Shown piece after piece: positions 25,152 to 34,836 of a DNA stretch of 64,000 nt (positions within the stretch are counted from its first letter, which is position 1; each line of letters opens with the position of its first letter). Made by a program: the position numbers and the translations under genes. The notes beneath the pieces are model-generated. The model was not told where the DNA came from. It searched no databases and saw nothing but the letters and a program-made list of their open reading frames with translations. Source of the DNA: an uncultured Solirubrobacteraceae bacterium (GTDB lineage Bacteria > Actinomycetota > Thermoleophilia > Solirubrobacterales > Solirubrobacteraceae); the NCBI GenBank assembly GCA_964588985.1, contig CAZPQW010000004.1, positions 32,001 through 96,000 on the forward strand, written 5' to 3'.

Positions 25152-27407
25152 GTGAGACGACCGACATTCATCCCATCGCTCCTCGCGCTCCTGAGCGTGC
25201 TGGCGCTGGGCGTCCCGGTAGCGGCGGACGCTGAAACGGGCACCACGACGGTGAGCCCTCCGCCAGCCGAAGGAACCTCCACCGCGCCGTCGACCACGAC
25301 CACGACCGCGCCAAGCGAAGCGCCGGCATCCACGACGACCGGTCCGGAAGCCGAACCGGTGGCGCCACAGGTCCAATCCCAGCAGCCTCAGGGCTCCAGC
25401 CCCAGCGGCTCGTCGACCCCGCCCAAGACGCAAACGCCGAGCGGCGAAACGAAGGCAGCCGAAGAAGGCGCCTCCACGACCGGCCCGCGCTCCAAGCACA
25501 AGGCCGTCTCGCCCTCGACCCTCACGCCGTCGCTGCCGTTGAACCTGCGCTCTGCGATCGGCGGGGTGCCGAGCTTCTTCATCGAAAGCTTCCAGATCCC
25601 GCCGTTCCTGATGCCGATCTTCCAGGCCGCCGGTACCGCGTACGGCGTCCCGTGGCAGGTGCTCGCCGCGATCAACGAGGTCGAGACCGACTACGGACGC
25701 GACCTCAGCGTCTCGAGCGCCGGCGCGGAGGGATGGATGCAGTTCCTGCCGGCCGAGTGGGCGCAGTACGGGGTGGACGCCAACGGCGACGGCTACAGGG
25801 ATCCCTACAACCCGGCCGACGCGATCTTCGCCGCCGCGCGCTACCTGCGCGCGGCTGGGGGAGGCGCAAGCATCAAGAGGGCGGTCTTCTCCTACAACCA
25901 CTCCCAGGCGTACGTCGAATCGGTGATGCTGCGCGCGCAGCTGCTCGGCGGCACGCCCACGGAACTGCTCGGCGCGATCACCGGCCTGACCGAGGCGCGC
26001 TTCCCGGTGCACGCCGCCGCGCGCTTCAGCGACGGCTTCCAAACCGTCCCCGCGAGCGGCTCCCAGCAGGCCAGGACGCTCGTGGGGACGACGATCTACT
26101 CGCAGGCCGGCGCGCCCGTGATCGCGGTGCAGGACGGCGAAATCGTGCAGGTCGGCGATACGCCCGCGCTCGGGAGGTTCGTATCGCTGCGCGACGCCTA
26201 CGGCAACACCTATGTCTACGCCCAGCTCGGCGACGTGGCGTCGGTCTACCCGGTGCTCGAGCCTCGTGAGCAGAGCACCGTGAGCCCGCGGATCTCGCAC
26301 TCAGGACAGGGCGAACCGACGCCTAGCGGTCCGGCGACGGCCGGAGCCCAGGCACGCTCGCCGATCTCCGAGGGCGCCGTGGTCTCAGGCCTCGCGCTGG
26401 GCGCGACGGCGGGCCTCGAAACGATCCCGAGCGCGCCGACGACAAACACCACGTCTCCGGCACAGCCGGCCGCGCCCGCGACGCCGCCGGCTGACGTCCG
26501 CTCCTTCCGCGAAGGGGCCAACGAAGTGATCCTCAATCCGTTGCACGCTGGGGTGCAGGTGATCGCGGGCACCGTGCTCGGCCACGTCGGCGCGGCGACC
26601 AGTGCGAGCACGGTGGGGAGCGAAAGCGCTTCGCACATCCTCTTCCAGGTCCGCCCCGCTGGTCTCGGCGCCCCGCTGATCGATCCCAAGCCGATCCTCG
26701 ACGGCTGGGTGGCGCTCGAGAACACCTCGATCTTCCACGCCAAGGGCGAGAACCCGTTCCTCGCGACCTCGCCGACGGTCGGTCAGGTGCTGCTCGAGTC
26801 CAAGCAGCAGCTCGAACCGCAGGTGCTCCACGACGCCGGCATCCGCCTCAGCAGGTGCGGGCGCCAGGACGTGCAGGAGGGCCGCGTCGACAGGCGCGTG
26901 CTCGCGACGCTCGAGTACCTGTCGGTATCGGGGCTGAAGCCGACGGCCTCCGGCCTGAAGTGCCCCCGCTCGACGACCGCGTCGATCGCCGCCTACGCTC
27001 CCGCGAGCGATGGCAGCGATCTCGTCGACATCAAGGCCATCGACGGCATCCCCGTCGCCGGGCACCAGAGCCCCGGCTCGCTCGCCGACAACGCCATACG
27101 CAAGCTGCTGATGCTCCAGGGTCTCAACCGACCGCAGAGGATCGTGAGCCTGATGAGCTACCCGGGCGCTGCCGGCGCGCTCTCGGACCCGAGTGCTCGC
27201 ACCGCGATCCGCATCATGTTCGCGGCGCCGGCCGCGACCGGCGCGCACGCGAGCGGGCCGCTTTACTCCGGCCTCGCGCCGAGCGAATGGATCAAGCTGA
27301 TCGCACGGCTCGGGGAGATCCCCGACCCGGTCGTCGGCCACGGGCCGTCGTCCGCGGCGATCCCAGACGCATCGAGCGGCCAAGGAGCAGCCGGTGGCAA
27401 CGGCTAG
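25152..27407 (+). CDS. secreted lytic transglycosylase with P/T/S linker, degenerate M23-like domain and C-terminal domain
   Basis: Signal peptide; VPWQVLAAINEVETDYG..SSAGAEGWMQF..GVDANGDG..DP....DAIFAAARYL..YNHS..YV. Confidence 0.88.
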   Translation: MRRPTFIPSLLALLSVLALGVPVAADAETGTTTVSPPPAEGTSTAPSTTTTTAPSEAPASTTTGPEAEPVAPQVQSQQPQGSSPSGSSTPPKTQTPSGETKAAEEGASTTGPRSKHKAVSPSTLTPSLPLNLRSAIGGVPSFFIESFQIPPFLMPIFQAAGTAYGVPWQVLAAINEVETDYGRDLSVSSAGAEGWMQFLPAEWAQYGVDANGDGYRDPYNPADAIFAAARYLRAAGGGASIKRAVFSYNHSQAYVESVMLRAQLLGGTPTELLGAITGLTEARFPVHAAARFSDGFQTVPASGSQQARTLVGTTIYSQAGAPVIAVQDGEIVQVGDTPALGRFVSLRDAYGNTYVYAQLGDVASVYPVLEPREQSTVSPRISHSGQGEPTPSGPATAGAQARSPISEGAVVSGLALGATAGLETIPSAPTTNTTSPAQPAAPATPPADVRSFREGANEVILNPLHAGVQVIAGTVLGHVGAATSASTVGSESASHILFQVRPAGLGAPLIDPKPILDGWVALENTSIFHAKGENPFLATSPTVGQVLLESKQQLEPQVLHDAGIRLSRCGRQDVQEGRVDRRVLATLEYLSVSGLKPTASGLKCPRSTTASIAAYAPASDGSDLVDIKAIDGIPVAGHQSPGSLADNAIRKLLMLQGLNRPQRIVSLMSYPGAAGALSDPSARTAIRIMFAAPAATGAHASGPLYSGLAPSEWIKLIARLGEIPDPVVGHGPSSAAIPDASSGQGAAGGNG

Positions 27408-28776
27408 CCCCCCGAGCACGCCGGCGCCGACCGTGCGCTCCCCGCGATCCGGCGTCGGCCGCGCGCTGCCGATCGGCGCGCTCGCGCTGGTCGTGCTGAT
27501 CGTCGCCTACATCGTGTTCGCGGGCGGCGGCGGAGCGACGTACAAGCTCGAATTCGCCGAAGGCGACCAGCTCGTCCGCGGCGACCAGGTGCAGGTCGGC
27601 GGAGTGCCGGTGGGCAGCATCACGAACATCCAGCTGACCCACGACTTCAAAGCGCTTGTGACGATCCACGTCGACTCCTCGCTCACGCCGCTGCACGAAG
27701 GCACGACGGCGCAGGTCAGGCAGCCGTCGCTGTCGAGCGTCGCCAACCGCTACATAGCGCTGTCGCTCGGACCGAACAACAGGCCGGCGCTGAGTGCGGG
27801 CACGAAGTTGCCCGCGAGCGTGACGAAGCCGGTCACGGACCTCGACCAGCTGTTCAACACGCTCGACCCGAAGACGCGCAAGGGCCTGCAGGGATTCATC
27901 CAGGGCGGGGCCGAACAGTACGCGGGCGTCGGCAAGCAGTTCGGCCAGACGACCGAATACTTCTCGCCTTTCCTCGGCGGCACCGACCGCTTCCTGTCCG
28001 AGCTCGCCCGCGACCAGCACACGTTCACGAGCTTCCTCGTGGAAACCGCCAAGGCCGTGACCACGATCGGAGCCCGCGCGGAACCGCTCGCCGACCTGAT
28101 CGAACACGGCAACAGGGCCTTCCAGGCGATCGGCTCTCAGCAGGCACAGCTCGCCCAGGGGCTGCGCCAGCTGCCCGGCACGCTGCACCAGGGCAACCGC
28201 ACATTCGCGGAACTCCCCTCGACGGTCAGCGCTCTGAAGACGTTCTTCAACACGTCCCGGCCCGCGATCAAGCCGCTGACAACTCTGCTCGCACGGCTGC
28301 GCCCCCTGTTCGAAACCGGCACCGTTCCGATCGGCAACTTCGCCCAGGCGATCGACCGCGCCGGCCCCAACAACGACCTCACCGACCTCGCACTGGCCGT
28401 GCCGGGGCTCGCGAGAGAACTGTCCAAGGCCTCGCCGAGCACGGTCACGGCGCTGCAGGAATCCGTCCCGATCACGGCCTTCTTCGGCCCGTACTCCCCC
28501 GACCTCGAGGGCGCCCTGCGCACGTTCGGCCAGGGGGCCTCCTACTACGACGCCAACGGCCACTACGTGCGCGGCAACCTCGTGCTGCCCGACTTCGAAC
28601 TCGGCGAAGAAAACACGCTGACGCCGACGACCAACCCCGAACAGGCGCTGACGAAGAACCTGAAGACGCTGCAGCTCCGTCGCTGCCCAGGTGGCGCCAC
28701 GCAGCCCGCGGCGGACGGCTCCTCGCCCTTCGCCGACGGCGAACTGCTCACCTGCGACCCGCTGGAGACGCCCTGA
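27394..28776 (+). CDS. MCE/MlaD family protein 2
   Basis: TM then L..GDQVQVGGVPVGSI, YIALSLGP, DLDQLFNTLDPKTR. Confidence 0.92.
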   Translation: MATASPPSTPAPTVRSPRSGVGRALPIGALALVVLIVAYIVFAGGGGATYKLEFAEGDQLVRGDQVQVGGVPVGSITNIQLTHDFKALVTIHVDSSLTPLHEGTTAQVRQPSLSSVANRYIALSLGPNNRPALSAGTKLPASVTKPVTDLDQLFNTLDPKTRKGLQGFIQGGAEQYAGVGKQFGQTTEYFSPFLGGTDRFLSELARDQHTFTSFLVETAKAVTTIGARAEPLADLIEHGNRAFQAIGSQQAQLAQGLRQLPGTLHQGNRTFAELPSTVSALKTFFNTSRPAIKPLTTLLARLRPLFETGTVPIGNFAQAIDRAGPNNDLTDLALAVPGLARELSKASPSTVTALQESVPITAFFGPYSPDLEGALRTFGQGASYYDANGHYVRGNLVLPDFELGEENTLTPTTNPEQALTKNLKTLQLRRCPGGATQPAADGSSPFADGELLTCDPLETP

Positions 28777-30293
28777 TGAACAGGCGTCGCAACAACTCGC
28801 TCGCCAGCAACCCGCTGCTGATCGGCGCGGTCACGACGCTGATCGTCGTCGTCGCGGTGTTCCTCTCCTACAACGCCAACAACGGCCTGCCGTTCGTGCC
28901 GACTTACAACATCAAGGTCGAACTCCCCGAGGGCGCTGGACTGCAGCCATCCAACCAGGTTCGCATTGCCGGTACGCGCGTGGGGGTCGTGAGCGGGCTC
29001 TCGATCCATCAGGACAAGCGGACCGGACGCGTCAGCGCGATCGCGAACCTCAAGCTCGAAAAGGGCGTCGAACCGCTCCCCGCCGACACGAAGGCGATCG
29101 TGCAGTCGGTCTCTGCGATCGGGCTGAAGTACCTCGAACTGGAAAAGGGCCACTCGAACGCGACGATCAAGGCCGGTCACACGATCCCCGTCAGCCAGAC
29201 CACCGAACCGGTGAACATCGACGAACTCTTCAACATGTTCGATAAGAAGACGCGCACGGCGATTAAGGTCAACACGAACAACTTCGGCGACGGTCTCGCC
29301 GGCCGGGGACTCGGCCTGAACAACACGATCGCCGAACTGCGCCCGCTCGTGACGAAGGCGATCCCCGTGCTCCACAACCTCGCGCTGCCGAAGACCGGCC
29401 TCGCCCAGTTGTTCGAAGGGCTCGACCGCGCCGCCTCGCAGACCGCAAACGTGGCGAACGCCAACGCCGAAGGCTGGAGCGATGCCGACACCTTCTTCAC
29501 CGCCTGGGCGAGCGTGACCAGGTCGCTCGAAGAAGCGACCGTGGGCGGGCCGGCATCGCTCGAGCAGGCCACCTACTCGCTCCCCCACGAGGCGCCGTTC
29601 CTCGAGAAGGCCGCCACGTTCATGCACCTCCTGCGCCCCGGAGCGAGCGCGCTGCGCGCCGTCGCGCCGCACCTCGGGCACGCGTTCGCCGAAGGCGCCG
29701 TCAACCTCAGGGCCGCTACCGCGCTCAACGCGCGCCTTGCGGAATCCTCGGAAGCGTTCGCCGCGTTCGCCCAGAACCCGCTCGTAACACTCGGCCTCGA
29801 AGACTTCACGCAGACCCTCCAGATCGCCAACCCGCTCCTGGCTGGATTCGCTCCGATACAGGCGCGATGCAACTACGTGACGCTGGCGTTCCGCAATCTC
29901 GCGAGCCTCGATTCCGAGAACATCGGCGTCGGCACGCTCGCGCGTGCGTCTTTGGTCCTCTCCCCGACGGGACCCAACAACGAGGGCTTCCCGTCCTCGG
30001 CGCCAGCGAACGGCGGATCGACCGAGAGGCAAGCGCAGAACAACCTACCGATCGAAAACAACTATCTGCACGCCAACCCGTACCCGAACGTCGGTGGGCC
30101 GGGGCAGCCGAACGTGTGCGAAGCCGGCAACGAGAAGTTCATCGAAAAACAGACGACGATCGGCAACCTGCCGGCGGCGGACATCGGCACCAGCAAGGAA
30201 TTCACGACCCGCGAAGAAGGCCTGTTCGGCGAAAAATACTCGTCGAGCGCCATTCGCAAAGCCCTCGGCCTGCCCACGGGGAAGGAAAAATGA
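28776..30293 (+). CDS. MCE/MlaD family protein 3
   Basis: TM, GL...NQVRIAGTRVGVV, IGLKYLEL..G, IDELFNMFDKKTR. Confidence 0.92.
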   Translation: MNRRRNNSLASNPLLIGAVTTLIVVVAVFLSYNANNGLPFVPTYNIKVELPEGAGLQPSNQVRIAGTRVGVVSGLSIHQDKRTGRVSAIANLKLEKGVEPLPADTKAIVQSVSAIGLKYLELEKGHSNATIKAGHTIPVSQTTEPVNIDELFNMFDKKTRTAIKVNTNNFGDGLAGRGLGLNNTIAELRPLVTKAIPVLHNLALPKTGLAQLFEGLDRAASQTANVANANAEGWSDADTFFTAWASVTRSLEEATVGGPASLEQATYSLPHEAPFLEKAATFMHLLRPGASALRAVAPHLGHAFAEGAVNLRAATALNARLAESSEAFAAFAQNPLVTLGLEDFTQTLQIANPLLAGFAPIQARCNYVTLAFRNLASLDSENIGVGTLARASLVLSPTGPNNEGFPSSAPANGGSTERQAQNNLPIENNYLHANPYPNVGGPGQPNVCEAGNEKFIEKQTTIGNLPAADIGTSKEFTTREEGLFGEKYSSSAIRKALGLPTGKEK

Positions 30294-31789
30294 GCCGCGC
30301 TCGCTGGTGGCGCCGCCACGACGAGGTCCCGGTCGTCGAGCTGCAGCGCTCGAACCCGCTGCGCTTCGGGATCGTCGTCGTCGTGATCCTCGTGCTGATC
30401 ACCTACTTCGGCTTCACCAAGCACATACCGTTCAAACACGGCTATCGCCTGAAGGCGCTGTTCGCGACCGCGGTCAACATCCACCCCAAGTCCCCGGTGC
30501 GCATCGCGGGCGTGGGCGTCGGCAAGGTCAGCTCGATCGAACGCAACGGCAAGGCCGGGCTCGTGACCATGGAAATCGAATCGCAGGGGCTGCCGATCCA
30601 CGAAGACGCGACGCTGAAGATCCGCCCGCGCATCTTCCTCGAAGGCAACTGGTTCATCGAACTGCAGCCCGGCAGCCCGTCGGCGCCGACGGTCCCCTCA
30701 GGGCACACGATCCCGATCACGCAGACCGCCGACCCGGTGCAGATCGACCAGGTGCTCGACGCGCTCGACACGGACACGCGCGCGAACCTGCAGAAGTTCC
30801 TGATCAACTTCGGCGAAGCCCTCACGCGCAAGCCGAACGCGGCCGAAGACGCCGAACAGGACCCCGAAGTCCGCGGTCTGGACGCTGCCCAGGCGCTCAA
30901 CAAGACCTACACGCGCGCACCCGAAGCGCTCCGCGGCGGCGCGATCATCAACCAGGCGCTCGGCGGCACGAGCACGCACGACCTCTCGGAGCTGATCGCG
31001 AGCGTCGGCAAAGTCACGACCGCGCTGAACGTCCACGAGCAGCAGCTGGGAGAACTGATCGAAAACTTCAACACGTTCCTCGGGGCGCTCGCGGCGCAGT
31101 CGGTGGCGCTGACGACGGTCGTCGGGGAACTGCCGAAGACGCTGCACGGCATCGACCGCGGCCTCGCCTCGCTCGACGCGTCGTTCGCGCCCACGCGGGC
31201 GTTCGCGCACGACATACTCCCCGGCCTCAGGAACACCCCCGCGACCGTCACCGCGGTTCTGCCGTGGATCGAACAGGTGCAGGCCTCGCTCGCCCCGAGC
31301 GAGCTCGGAGGCGTGGCGAAGGGGCTCGCCGCGGCCACCCCGTCGCTGGCGAAGCTGTTCGGCGAACAGGCGCCCTTCTACCGCCAGGGCGACCTGTTCA
31401 ACAAATGCCTCACGAAGATCATCTACCCGGCCGGCAACACCAAGATCCAGGACGGCGCGAGCACCTCCGGCGTCGAGAACTACAAGGAATTCTGGTACGG
31501 CCTCGTGGGCCTGAACGGCATCGGGCAGGACTTCAACGGCAACGGCACCGTCGGCAGGTTCCTCGTCGGCAACAGCGGCAAGACGCTGCGCTCGCGACCC
31601 ACCTCGATCCTCGGCACGAAACTCCAGGGGCTGAGGATGCTGACGCGCTCGCCGCTCACGCCGGAAGGCACGCGCCCCGCCTACCCGGCCGAAGAGCCGT
31701 CCTACCAGCCGCTCGTGCCCTGCTACACCCAGACGCTGCCCAACTTCAACGGCCCGCTGTCGCAGGGTCCCGCGGACGGGAGTGAATGA
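30290..31789 (+). CDS. MCE/MlaD family protein 4
   Basis: TM, SPVRIAGVGVGKV, LEGNWFIELQPG, IDQVLDALDTDTR; ATGA coupling. Confidence 0.92.
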   Translation: MSRARWWRRHDEVPVVELQRSNPLRFGIVVVVILVLITYFGFTKHIPFKHGYRLKALFATAVNIHPKSPVRIAGVGVGKVSSIERNGKAGLVTMEIESQGLPIHEDATLKIRPRIFLEGNWFIELQPGSPSAPTVPSGHTIPITQTADPVQIDQVLDALDTDTRANLQKFLINFGEALTRKPNAAEDAEQDPEVRGLDAAQALNKTYTRAPEALRGGAIINQALGGTSTHDLSELIASVGKVTTALNVHEQQLGELIENFNTFLGALAAQSVALTTVVGELPKTLHGIDRGLASLDASFAPTRAFAHDILPGLRNTPATVTAVLPWIEQVQASLAPSELGGVAKGLAAATPSLAKLFGEQAPFYRQGDLFNKCLTKIIYPAGNTKIQDGASTSGVENYKEFWYGLVGLNGIGQDFNGNGTVGRFLVGNSGKTLRSRPTSILGTKLQGLRMLTRSPLTPEGTRPAYPAEEPSYQPLVPCYTQTLPNFNGPLSQGPADGSE

Positions 31790-33297
31790 TGACCCCCGCC
31801 GAGAGACCACCCGAGAGCCCGCGGGGCGGATCCCACGAAGGCGGACTCAGCGTCCGCGAGCAGATCGAGCGATACCGCACGGCGTTCATCGCGGTCGTGA
31901 CGATGATCGTGATCGCGGCGGCCGTCGGCGGCTACATCCTCGCGCACGAGAATCTCAAGCTCCCAGGCTGGGTGCCAGTCCTCGGCCGCGACTACTACAC
32001 GCTGAAGGCCGACTTCCAGACCGCCCAGGCCGTGACCCCCGGACAGGGCCAGGCGGTGACGATCGCGGGCGCGAAGATCGGCGAAATCCAGAGCGTCAAC
32101 CTCAACCACGGGATCGCGACCGTGACGATGAGGATCGTCCCCAAATACGCGCGCATCTACCGCAACGCGACGATGCTGCTGCGCCCGAAGACCCAGCTGC
32201 AGGACATCACCGTCGAGGTCAACCCCGGTACGCCCTCGGCCGGGAAGCTGAAGAGCGGCGCGACGATCCCGCTGTCGCAGACCGCGCCGAACGTGGACTT
32301 CGACGAATTCCTCGCGGGTCTCGACGGCGAAACGCGCGCCTACCTGCAGGAGCTGTTGGCCGCGGCCGGCGAAGGGCTCAACCACAACGGCAGGGCGCTG
32401 TCCGCGGCGCTCAAGCGCTTCGAGCCGAGCGCCCGCTACGGTCAGGAGATCGCCAGGGCGCTCCAGACACGCAACGCGAACATCGCCCGCTCGATCCACA
32501 ACTTCCGCCTCCTCACCGAAGCGCTCGGCGGCAAGGACCAGCAGCTCGCTCAGCTGATCGACTCTTCCAACGCGGTGTTCACGACCTTCCGCGAAGAGGA
32601 CGCCAATTGGGAACGAACCCTTCACCTGCTGCCCTCCGCGTTGCGCAAGACCGGGAAGGGACTCGGTACGCTCGCCAAGGCCACCGACCAGCTCGGCCCG
32701 GCGCTGCACAAACTGCAGCCGTTCGCCAAGGCGCTCGCTCCCGGCAACGAACAGACCCAGATCCTGGCGAAGAAGACGACGCCGATATTCAAGAACGAAA
32801 TCCGCCCGTTCGCGCGCGAAATACTGCCGGTCGTCAACGAACTGCAGCCCGCCACGCAGAAGCTGGGCGAAGCGTTCCCCAACCTCAAGATCAGCTTCTC
32901 GGTGCTCAACGAATTCTTCAACGAGCTCGCGTACAACCCGAGCGCGAGCAAGCCGAACTTCCTGTTCTTCCTCGACTGGGGCAACCACAACCTCGACAGC
33001 GTCGTCAGCTCGGCGGACGCCAACGGGCCGCTCGGGCGCAGTCTCGTGTACCTCAACTGCAACCTCCTACCAATCCTGGAACCGGCCTCGAAGGTCAACC
33101 CGAATGTGAACCTGCTGATCGGCCTGCTCAAGCCTCCGACGAAGCAAGAATGCATCAACCAAGGTCTCAAGGCAGCTCCGTCGAGTCAGCGTGGTCACAC
33201 CACGAGCACGGGTGGCGGCCTGTTCTCGGGGCTCGAACAGCATCCGTTCGGCGGCACCTCCACACCCACGTCAAGCGCCAAGGCTGGGAAGAACTAG
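31786..33297 (+). CDS. MCE/MlaD family protein 5
   Basis: TM, AVTIAGAKIGEI, VEVNPGTP, FDEFLAGLDGETR. Confidence 0.9.
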   Translation: MMTPAERPPESPRGGSHEGGLSVREQIERYRTAFIAVVTMIVIAAAVGGYILAHENLKLPGWVPVLGRDYYTLKADFQTAQAVTPGQGQAVTIAGAKIGEIQSVNLNHGIATVTMRIVPKYARIYRNATMLLRPKTQLQDITVEVNPGTPSAGKLKSGATIPLSQTAPNVDFDEFLAGLDGETRAYLQELLAAAGEGLNHNGRALSAALKRFEPSARYGQEIARALQTRNANIARSIHNFRLLTEALGGKDQQLAQLIDSSNAVFTTFREEDANWERTLHLLPSALRKTGKGLGTLAKATDQLGPALHKLQPFAKALAPGNEQTQILAKKTTPIFKNEIRPFAREILPVVNELQPATQKLGEAFPNLKISFSVLNEFFNELAYNPSASKPNFLFFLDWGNHNLDSVVSSADANGPLGRSLVYLNCNLLPILEPASKVNPNVNLLIGLLKPPTKQECINQGLKAAPSSQRGHTTSTGGGLFSGLEQHPFGGTSTPTSSAKAGKN

Positions 33298-34836
33298 ATG
33301 CAGAAGCGCGCCCCCACGCTCGGCAACATCCTCGTGATCATCCTGTTCGTGCTCAGCTGCTTCGGGCTGCTGATGTTCCTGTGGGAGTCCTTCGGCGGTC
33401 CGCTGCCGCTGAAGCCAAAGGGCTACCGCATCACGGTCCCCTTCCCGCGCACGCTCGCGCTCGCCGAACAGTCCGACGTGCGCATCAGCGGGGTGAATGT
33501 GGGCCATGTGATCTCGCTGCACCTCGGCAGCGACGGGCGCACCCACGCGACGCTCGAAATCGCCGGGCAATACGCGCCGATACGCGCCGACATGCACGCG
33601 ATCCTGCGCCAGAAGACGCTGCTGGGAGAGACCTACGTGCAGCTGATCCCTGAGGCACAGAGCGGACCGTTCCTGGGCGACGGCAAAGAGCTCGCGGTCA
33701 ACCAGGTCGAACCGTCGGTGACGCTCGACGACATCCTCTCGGCGTTTGACCCGAAGACGAGGCGCGACTTCCAGGTGTGGCTGCAGGCTGGCTCGGAAGG
33801 GCTGAAGGGCCGCGGCGAACAGGTCAACGCGTCGTTCGCCAAACTCGAACCGTTCGTCGAACACGCGAACAAGCTCGTGGCGATCCTCGACTCCCAGGAA
33901 GGCGCCGTGACCGCACTCGTGCACAACACGGGCGTCGTCTTCAACGCGCTCGCCAGCCGCGACCACCAGCTCGAAGGGATCATCGCCAACGGCGAGCGCA
34001 CGTTCCACGCCGCCGCCGAAGGCAGCCAGGCCTTCGCGCAGGCATTCCGCGAACTGCCGGCGTTCGAGAAGAACTCGCGCCAGGCGCTCAAAGAACTCGA
34101 CAGCCTCGCCGCCGTCGCGAACCCCTACTTCGACGAATTCAAGCCCGCCGAGCGTCAGCTGGGACTGACGCTCGGGGCGGCCAAGCCATTCGCGCCCCAG
34201 CTCGACAAGTTCCTGACAGGTCTCGGTCCGCTGACGAAGGCCGCGCAGAAGGGTCTGCCCGAAGTCAAGAAGACTCTGAACCTGACGACGCCCGTGCTCG
34301 AAAACCTGCGGCCGGTGCTGCACAACCTCGATCCCTTCCTGCAGTACACGGGCGAGTACGTGCCCGAGCTGCAGGCGTTCTTCGCCAACCTCACCGCCGC
34401 CACGCAGGGGAGCGAAAGCAACAGCAACACCGTCAACCCGACGACCGAAAAGGCACAAGGTCCCAAGGAGCACCTTCTGGCGACGATGGCCGTGCTGAGT
34501 CCGGAAAGCCTCGCTATCTACCCCAGCCGCATCGGCACGAACCGCGCCAACGCCTATCCGCTCCCCGGCGCGTTCCGCTCGCTTGCCAGCGGGCTGTCGG
34601 TGTTCGAATCGGGCTCGTGCGCGAACTCGGCTCCGTCGGTCAGCGGACCGGGCAACGAAGTCATCTCCGAAGAACTCATAAAAGATCTGACGACGCCTGT
34701 CCACCCGGGCGAATCGCCGGTCGCCAACACGCCCAAAGAAGCCAACGCCATCCCGGCTCCGGCCTGCAGCCAGCAGGGCCCGTTCACGTTCAATGGCAAG
34801 ACGAGTCAGTTCCCACACGCGATCTACGAAAAATGA
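33298..34836 (+). CDS. MCE/MlaD family protein 6
   Basis: TM, SDVRISGVNVGHV, TLLGETYVQL.P, LDDILSAFDPKTR. Confidence 0.92.
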   Translation: MQKRAPTLGNILVIILFVLSCFGLLMFLWESFGGPLPLKPKGYRITVPFPRTLALAEQSDVRISGVNVGHVISLHLGSDGRTHATLEIAGQYAPIRADMHAILRQKTLLGETYVQLIPEAQSGPFLGDGKELAVNQVEPSVTLDDILSAFDPKTRRDFQVWLQAGSEGLKGRGEQVNASFAKLEPFVEHANKLVAILDSQEGAVTALVHNTGVVFNALASRDHQLEGIIANGERTFHAAAEGSQAFAQAFRELPAFEKNSRQALKELDSLAAVANPYFDEFKPAERQLGLTLGAAKPFAPQLDKFLTGLGPLTKAAQKGLPEVKKTLNLTTPVLENLRPVLHNLDPFLQYTGEYVPELQAFFANLTAATQGSESNSNTVNPTTEKAQGPKEHLLATMAVLSPESLAIYPSRIGTNRANAYPLPGAFRSLASGLSVFESGSCANSAPSVSGPGNEVISEELIKDLTTPVHPGESPVANTPKEANAIPAPACSQQGPFTFNGKTSQFPHAIYEK

